This document shows positions 15,938-20,977 of a stretch of 20,977 nt of DNA, piece after piece. Within the stretch, counting starts at the first letter, position 1. Every line of letters begins with the position of its first letter. A program made the translations under genes and the position numbers. Location: the NCBI GenBank assembly GCA_046292385.1, contig JBKBRF010000074.1, positions 1 through 20,977 of the forward strand. The letters run 5' to 3'. The notes below the pieces were generated by a model. The model was not told where the DNA came from. It saw only the letters and a list, made by a program, of their open reading frames with translations, and did not search any database. Source of the stretch: Armatimonadota bacterium (lineage in GTDB: Bacteria; Armatimonadota; SYMT01).

Positions 15938-17194
15938 ATGGCGGAGGTTCGCGGTTTTCCCGGTATTCGGTTCCAGCTCGAGCGTCCGGAGCAGGCAGGC
16001 GAGGTGATCGCGCCTCCGTACGACGTGATTTCGCCCGCGCAGCACGAGGCGCTGCTGGAGCAGCATCCTCACAACGTGGTGCGGCTGGAGCTGCCCAAGA
16101 GCAGCGAGGGCGACACGGAGCAGGAGAACCGCTACACCCGCGCGGCGCGGCTCTTCCGGGAGTGGCGGGAGCAGGGCGTGCTGGCGCAGGACCCGGAGCC
16201 GTCGCTCTACGTCTACGGCCAGCGGTACGACACGCCGGAGGGTCCGCGCGAGCGGCTCGGGCTGATGGTGGCGCTGAAGGTGGAGCCGTTCGAGAGCGGC
16301 GTGGTGCTGCCGCACGAGCAGACGTTCCCCAAGCATAAGGAAGATCGCTACCGGCTGCTCTCCACCGCGCAGGCGCAGTTCAGTCCCATCTTCGGGCTCT
16401 ACTCCGCGCCGGAAGCCGGCGTGCGGGCGCGGCTGGAGGAGCGGATCTCCGGGGAGCCGGTCGCCATCGCCACCGATCCGGAAGGCGTGGAGCACCGGCT
16501 CTGGCGGGTGGCCGCGCCCGAGTTCACGCAGTGGGCCGCGGAGGTCTTCGCCGGGAAGCAGGTCTACATCGCCGACGGTCACCACCGCTACGAGACGGCG
16601 CTGCGCTATCGGAACGAGCGCCGCGCCGCGGCCCCGGAATCGGAGCCGCAGCCGTTCGATTACGTGATGACCTTCCTGGTCGAGATGGAAGATCCCGGCC
16701 TGGTGCTGCTGCCGACCCACCGCCTGGTCCGGGGCTCGCTGCCGGACGCCGCGGCGCTGCGGCAGTCGCTGGAGGAGTACTTCACGATCGAGCCGGCCAC
16801 GGTGGAGAACGTCGACGACCTGCGGCACCACCAGCTCGGCCTGCTGCTGCCCGGCGGCGAGGCGCTGCGGCTCACGCTGAAGGACCCGGCAGTGATGGCG
16901 CGGCTGGACCAGGAGCACTCCGACGCGTGGCGCGACCTCGACGTGGCGGTGCTGCACCGGCTCGTTTTCCAGGAGGTGTTGAACCTGGGGGAGGGGACCG
17001 AGGTGGTCTACACCCGCGACCCGGCCGAGGCGCGGGAGGCGGTGGTCTCCGGCGGCTTCGCGGCCTCGTTCCTGCTGCCCTACCCGAAGGTGGAGGAGCT
17101 GAAGGCGGTGGCGGGAGCCGGCGACCGCATGCCGGAGAAGAGCACCTACTTCTGGCCGAAGGCGATCACCGGCCTGGTGATTTATCCGCAATAG
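15938..17194 (+). CDS. DUF1015 family protein
   Basis: APPYDVIS, VLPHEQT, YIADGHHRYETA, LPTHR, MPEKSTYFWPK; RBS AGAGGA. Confidence 0.93.
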   Translation: MAEVRGFPGIRFQLERPEQAGEVIAPPYDVISPAQHEALLEQHPHNVVRLELPKSSEGDTEQENRYTRAARLFREWREQGVLAQDPEPSLYVYGQRYDTPEGPRERLGLMVALKVEPFESGVVLPHEQTFPKHKEDRYRLLSTAQAQFSPIFGLYSAPEAGVRARLEERISGEPVAIATDPEGVEHRLWRVAAPEFTQWAAEVFAGKQVYIADGHHRYETALRYRNERRAAAPESEPQPFDYVMTFLVEMEDPGLVLLPTHRLVRGSLPDAAALRQSLEEYFTIEPATVENVDDLRHHQLGLLLPGGEALRLTLKDPAVMARLDQEHSDAWRDLDVAVLHRLVFQEVLNLGEGTEVVYTRDPAEAREAVVSGGFAASFLLPYPKVEELKAVAGAGDRMPEKSTYFWPKAITGLVIYPQ

Positions 17195-17196
17195 GG

Positions 17197-17305
17197 GTTA
17201 CAGGTTGGCAGGTTGCAGGTTGGCAAGTTGGCAGGTTTGGAACCGTATCCCGCATTAGCAAGTCCGGGAACCTGGAACTTGCAACCTGCTAACCTGTTAA
17301 CTGCC
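17197..17305. repeat. Degenerate 7-8 bp tandem repeats (GCAGGTTG) with inverted copies (CAACCTGC), forming a long imperfect palindrome
   Basis: caggttggcaggttgcaggttggcaagttggcaggtt … aacttgcaacctgctaacctgttaactgcc. Confidence 0.75.
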
Positions 17306-17345
17306 ACTATCGCATGCCGGCCGGGACCGACGCACGAGATCAGGG

Positions 17346-17729
17346 ATGCCGCTCTACGAGTACCGGTGCGAGGAGTGCAGCCGCCGCTTTACCCTGCTGG
17401 TGGGAATGGTGGCGCAGCCTGCCGCGCAGCAGTGTCCGCGCTGCGGCTCGGCGCAGCTTCGCAAGTTGATCTCCCGGTTCCGCGTGGGGCGCTCGGAGGA
17501 AGACATCCTGGAGAGCATCCCGGACCCGGAGTCGCTGGGTAATCCCGAGGACCCGCGCGCGATGGCGGACTGGATGCGCCGGGTCGGCCAGGAGATGGGG
17601 GACGACCTGGGCGACGACTTCGAAGAGCTGGTCGAGGAAGCGGTGCGGGAAGAAGAGATGGGCGCGACTGGGAGCAGCGGAGAGGCCGCCGCGGCCTCCG
17701 ACGGCGCTGCCGGCGACTCCGAGCTCTGA
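17346..17729 (+). CDS. FmdB-family zinc-ribbon protein
   Basis: MPLYEYRCEEC…CPRCGS…KLISRF followed by acidic DPRAMADWMRR region. Confidence 0.9.
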   Translation: MPLYEYRCEECSRRFTLLVGMVAQPAAQQCPRCGSAQLRKLISRFRVGRSEEDILESIPDPESLGNPEDPRAMADWMRRVGQEMGDDLGDDFEELVEEAVREEEMGATGSSGEAAAASDGAAGDSEL

Positions 17730-17846
17730 GCTAAGTCGCTCCAAGTTCGGGTAGAACCTGCAGCAGTGGCGGGTCGAGGCGGAGGCGCGCAGGCAGGCGC
17801 CGGACCTCCATACGTTTTCCCGGCAAACGGGTAAGATCGGGACACG

Positions 17847-18809
17847 ATGCGCAGCCGAGACTACATCGAGCGCAAGGCGCAGGTGATGAGCCAGGCGCTC
17901 GACAACCTGAGCCGCACCTACGGCGGGCGGGACGGCCGGAACCCGATCGGGGAAGAGGTCGAGCTGCCCTCCGAGGCGGAGGTCCTCCGGGTCCTCACGC
18001 TGCTGGACGACATCTTTTACCCCGGCTACCGCTCCGAGCGGTGCGCCGAGATGCCGGTGGAGACGCTGGTGATCGAGCGCCTCGCGGCGGCGTATGACCT
18101 GCTCTACCGCCAGGTGCGCCTCGCCCTCCCGCTCCGGTGGATGAGCGAGGCGGTGCGCTCCGGCGATCTCGAGGGGCCTTCGCCTCTCGACGCGGAGGCG
18201 ATCTCCTCAGAGGCGGAGCGGGTGGTCGGCGCCTTCTTCGAGCGCCTCCCGGAGATCCGCGAGGCGCTGAAGCTCGACGTCATCGCCGCCTACAAGGGCG
18301 ACCCGGCCGCGAAGAGCTACGCCGAGGTGATCCTGAGCTACCCCGGCGTGCGGGCGGTCACCACCTACCGCGTGGCCCATCAGCTCTACCGGCTCGACGT
18401 GCCGCTGATCCCGCGCCTGATGACGGAGCACGTCCACTCCCGCACCGGCATCGAGATCCATCCCGGCGCCACGATCGGCGAGAGCTTCTTTATCGATCAC
18501 GGCACCGGCGTGGTCATCGGGGAGACCGCGGAGATCGGCAAGCGAGTGAAGCTCTACCAGGGAGTTACGCTCGGCGCGTTCAGCTTCAAGCTGGACGAGA
18601 GCGGCCACCCGGTAAAGGGAGGCAAGCGGCACCCGACGATCGAGGATGACGTGGTGATCTACGCCGGCACCACGATCCTCGGCGGCGAGACGGTGATCGG
18701 GCGCGGCTCCGTCATCGGCAGCAACGTCTGGCTCACCCGCTCGGTACCGCCCGGCACCTCCGTAATGTACACGCGGGAGAACTACACCCTCAAGAACGGC
18801 GCCACGTAG
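17847..18809 (+). CDS. cysE: Serine O-acetyltransferase
   Basis: GDPAA, SYPG, TGIEIHPGATIGESFFIDHGTGVVIGET, LYQGVTLGA, KRHPTIED hexapeptide repeats. Confidence 0.93.
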   Translation: MRSRDYIERKAQVMSQALDNLSRTYGGRDGRNPIGEEVELPSEAEVLRVLTLLDDIFYPGYRSERCAEMPVETLVIERLAAAYDLLYRQVRLALPLRWMSEAVRSGDLEGPSPLDAEAISSEAERVVGAFFERLPEIREALKLDVIAAYKGDPAAKSYAEVILSYPGVRAVTTYRVAHQLYRLDVPLIPRLMTEHVHSRTGIEIHPGATIGESFFIDHGTGVVIGETAEIGKRVKLYQGVTLGAFSFKLDESGHPVKGGKRHPTIEDDVVIYAGTTILGGETVIGRGSVIGSNVWLTRSVPPGTSVMYTRENYTLKNGAT

Positions 18810-18841
18810 TACCGTCAGTCCGGGATGGAGGGGTGCACTTG

Positions 18842-18912
18842 GCAAGGGAGAGTGGGCGAGGGGGCGAGCTTGAGAGGCTGCTTACGGGAACAGATCTCCC
18901 ACTCTCCCTTGC
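18842..18912. repeat. 15-bp inverted repeat after cysE
   Basis: GCAAGGGAGAGTGGG (18842-18856) / CCCACTCTCCCTTGC (18898-18912). Confidence 0.7.
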
Positions 18913-18976
18913 TCCCACTCGCACACATCAGAAGTAGCTGGACACACCAGTAGGGCGCGGCCCTCATCCAGAAACG

Positions 18977-19013
18977 AGAGAGGCCCGGAGCCGCGTGAGC
19001 TCCGGGCCTCTCT
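18977..19013 (-). terminator. Intrinsic terminator of rpsF-ssb-rpsR, possibly bidirectional
   Basis: Perfect 15-bp stem AGAGAGGCCCGGAGC / GCTCCGGGCCTCTCT with 7-nt loop, 19 nt past the rpsR stop. Confidence 0.8.
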
Positions 19014-19032
19014 GCTTCCGTCGAACGCCGTG

Positions 19033-19278
19033 TTACTCGGCTACGAACGGCAGCAGTGCGATCTCGCGGGCGCGCTTGATGGCGGCCGTGAGCAGGCGCT
19101 GGTGGGCGGCGCAGGTGCCACTCGTCTTCCGGGGCAGAATCTTGCCCCGGTCGCTCGTGAACTTGCGCAGCCGCTGGTGCTGCTTGTAGTCGATGAACTC
19201 GGCCTTATCCACGCAGAACTGGCACGGTTTGCGCCGGGTCTTGCGGAAGCGGCCGCGGCTAGCTCCTCTCGGGGGCAT
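19033..19278 (-). CDS. rpsR: 30S ribosomal protein S18 (Cys-containing form)
   Basis: [39 protein letters not shown]. Confidence 0.98.
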   Translation of the reverse strand: MPPRGASRGRFRKTRRKPCQFCVDKAEFIDYKQHQRLRKFTSDRGKILPRKTSGTCAAHQRLLTAAIKRAREIALLPFVAE

Positions 19279-19298
19279 AGTCTCTCCTCAACCCACGC

Positions 19299-19721
19299 CT
19301 ACTCGTCCTGGAAAGGATCGTCGTAGGGGGCAACATCGTCGAAGCCGGATCCGGCTCCACCGCCAGGGCCCACTCCGCCGGCACCGCCGGCTTCACCCTC
19401 GCGGGGGCGGTCCAGAGCCTTCAGGTTGTCGCAGACCACCTCGGCCACGCGCCGCCGCGATCCATCCTGGGCCTGATAGGTGCGGATCTGCAGGCGGCCG
19501 TCAACCGCCACCAGCCGCCCCTTACCCAGGTAGTTCGCGGCGAACTCCGCCGCCTGGCGCCATGCCACCACGTCGATGAAGTCGGCCTCACGCTCGCCCT
19601 GGGCGTTGGTGAACGGTCGGTTCACCGCCACCCGGAACGTGCAGACCGGCACTCCGCTCGGCGTGTACTTCAGCTCGGGATCGATAGCAACGCGTCCAAT
19701 CAGAATAACCTTGTTCAGCAT
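19299..19721 (-). CDS. ssb: Single-stranded DNA-binding protein
   Basis: MLNKVILIGR, ADFIDVVAWR, KGRLVAVDGRLQIRTY, acidic DDPF tail; RBS AGGAGG. Confidence 0.98.
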   Translation of the reverse strand: MLNKVILIGRVAIDPELKYTPSGVPVCTFRVAVNRPFTNAQGEREADFIDVVAWRQAAEFAANYLGKGRLVAVDGRLQIRTYQAQDGSRRRVAEVVCDNLKALDRPREGEAGGAGGVGPGGGAGSGFDDVAPYDDPFQDE

Positions 19722-19750
19722 CTCGTCTTCCTCCTGTCCAGCGTGTCACG

Positions 19751-20302
19751 TTACTCAGTTCCAGCTTCGCCTTCTCCCTGTTCCGTCGTTGCTTCCGGTT
19801 CCGCTGCGGCCGGGGCGGCTTCCGCTGCCGGAGCTTCCGCCGCCGGAGCTTCCGCTGCCGGAGCTTCCGCTGCCGGGGCTGCTGCTGCCGGCGCGGCTGC
19901 TGCCGCTTCCGCGGCGGCGGCTGCTTCCGCCTCGGCGCGGGCACGGGCTTCCGCCTCTGCCTGCGCGCGGGCTTCCGCGTTCGCCTTCGCCTCCGCCAGC
20001 TCGCGATCTGCCTGCTTGTCGTCCTTGCGGACGCTGAGCTGGCGGATCACGCCGTCGGTGATGCGCAGCACGCGGTTGACTTCGGCCTCGGCTGCGGGCG
20101 CGCCACGGTAGTTCATCACTACGTAGTAGCCTTCGCGGCGGCCCTTGATCTCGTAGGCCAGGCGGCGGCGTTCCCACCGCTCCACATGCTCTACGCTGCC
20201 ACCCTGCTCTTCGACTAGCGTCTGAAAGCGGTTGACCAGCGACCCCTGCTGTTCCTCATCCAGCATCGGGTCGATGATGTACATCAGTTCGTACCGATTC
20301 AT
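19751..20302 (-). CDS. rpsF: 30S ribosomal protein S6 with long Ala/Glu/Pro-rich tail
   Basis: MNRYELMYIIDP, WERRRLAYEI, EGYY; RBS GGAGGTG; first gene of rpsF-ssb-rpsR. Confidence 0.97.
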   Translation of the reverse strand: MNRYELMYIIDPMLDEEQQGSLVNRFQTLVEEQGGSVEHVERWERRRLAYEIKGRREGYYVVMNYRGAPAAEAEVNRVLRITDGVIRQLSVRKDDKQADRELAEAKANAEARAQAEAEARARAEAEAAAAAEAAAAAPAAAAPAAEAPAAEAPAAEAPAAEAAPAAAEPEATTEQGEGEAGTE

Positions 20303-20310
20303 GGTTCTCA

Positions 20311-20363
20311 CCTCCCTTCGGACACCCAGGATTGGGCAGCCCCGGTACGAGCGGGGCAGGGAC
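20311..20363 (-). promoter_or_regulatory. S6:S18-type ribosomal protein leader RNA
   Basis: TCCCT pairs with AGGGA of the RBS, enclosing hairpins GCCCC/GGGGC and TGCCCA/TGGGTG, with an unpaired CCG just before the RBS strand, as in the known S6:S18 motif. Confidence 0.65.
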
Positions 20364-20465
20364 CGGCGCCGTCCGGGGGCGCAGCGCGCCGCCAGGCTGC
20401 GGACCTTGAGGAAGTCCGCGGACCGCGCAGGCGCAGAGCCCACGCGGAAGGCGTCGGATCGACCG

Positions 20466-20494
20466 ATTATAGCAGCCCCCCGCGCCGGGAGCAA
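20466..20494 (-). promoter_or_regulatory. Sigma70-type promoter of the rpsF operon
   Basis: TTGCTC-17 nt-TATAAT with extended TG (TGCTATAAT). Confidence 0.8.
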
Positions 20495-20542
20495 TGCGAG
20501 AGGCGCGAAAGATCGCGTGGAAGGTGGGGGCCGAGCGTACGG

Positions 20543-20709
20543 CATTCTCGCGTCCAGCCCTTAGTCCAGGCGCAGCCCCCAATACTACTCATCTCAAGAA
20601 TCATGTCGAGCAGCGTAGACGCTTACTCGGGAGTGATCCTCAGAAGCCCGGAAGCGCTGCCGCAGGCAGGGCTGAAGGGTTTCACTTGTGACCACCCCTG
20701 GCGAGATGC
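20543..20709. ncRNA. Candidate rod-like ncRNA with central bubble (6S-like architecture)
   Basis: Nested pairings GCCCTT/AAGGGT, AGTCC/GGGCT, GCAGC/GCTGC, ATCA/TGAT, CGAG/CTCG, AGCG-taga-CGCT around an unpaired CCCCAATACTACTCA stretch. Confidence 0.3.
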
Positions 20710-20772
20710 TGTTGGCAAAATCGGGAGGCTGCTCCAGGTGCCCCGCTGGCGCGGGGCGCGAAAGCAAGCATT

Positions 20773-20849
20773 CGCACTCCACAGGCCGGCCCGGAAGAGA
20801 TTCCCTCTCGGCGGAAGGGAGACTGCGTCGGGGAAGTCTGTGGAGTGCG
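20773..20849. repeat. REP-like inverted pair CGCACTCCACAG / CTGTGGAGTGCG
   Basis: Perfect 12-bp inverted repeat at 20773-20784 and 20838-20849 in intergenic DNA. Confidence 0.6.
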
Positions 20850-20977
20850 GTGGCTCGTGTCACACGCTGTAAAGTTACACCACTGGCGGCGCAGGCGAGA
20901 TTTGCCGCCGTCCGCGGTTCGGGAGGGGCGGGAAAAGCTCGGCCGCCTTCGTTTCCCCATCCCAGTCATCCTGAACG

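Noticed and set aside
15917..17191. 424-aa ORF on the - strand
   Set aside because: Antisense shadow of the clear DUF1015 gene, expected with high GC3 codon usage.
20303..20545. N-terminal extension of rpsF in the ORF track
   Set aside because: The true start is ATG 20302 with a GGAGGTG RBS; the extension covers the leader RNA and promoter.

Overview
GC-rich bacterial DNA in two parts. The right part (~15100-20977) is core chromosome: tRNA-Ser(TGA), a small membrane protein, DUF1015, an FmdB-type Zn-ribbon protein, cysE, and the rpsF-ssb-rpsR operon with an S6:S18-type leader. The left part (1-~15120) looks like an integrative element inserted at the 3' end of the tRNA-Ser; its far boundary is not in the window. 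Reading away from the tRNA it carries a tyrosine integrase with tandem arm-like repeats, a CGNR-type Zn-finger protein, a divergent HTH excisionase, a rolling-circle HUH Rep-like protein and a compact exonuclease-less family-A-like polymerase. Its cargo includes a Ycf46-like AAA+ ATPase whose Walker B block precedes its Walker A block, a DUF3150-like gene, two hypothetical proteins and a UvrD helicase fused to a Cas4/AddB-like nuclease, flanked by two ~170-180 nt highly foldable intergenic segments. The main candidate novelties are a tRNA-integrated element pairing HUH Rep with a PolA-like polymerase, and the permuted AAA+ domain. All calls come from reading motifs by eye; no searches or folding programs were run.
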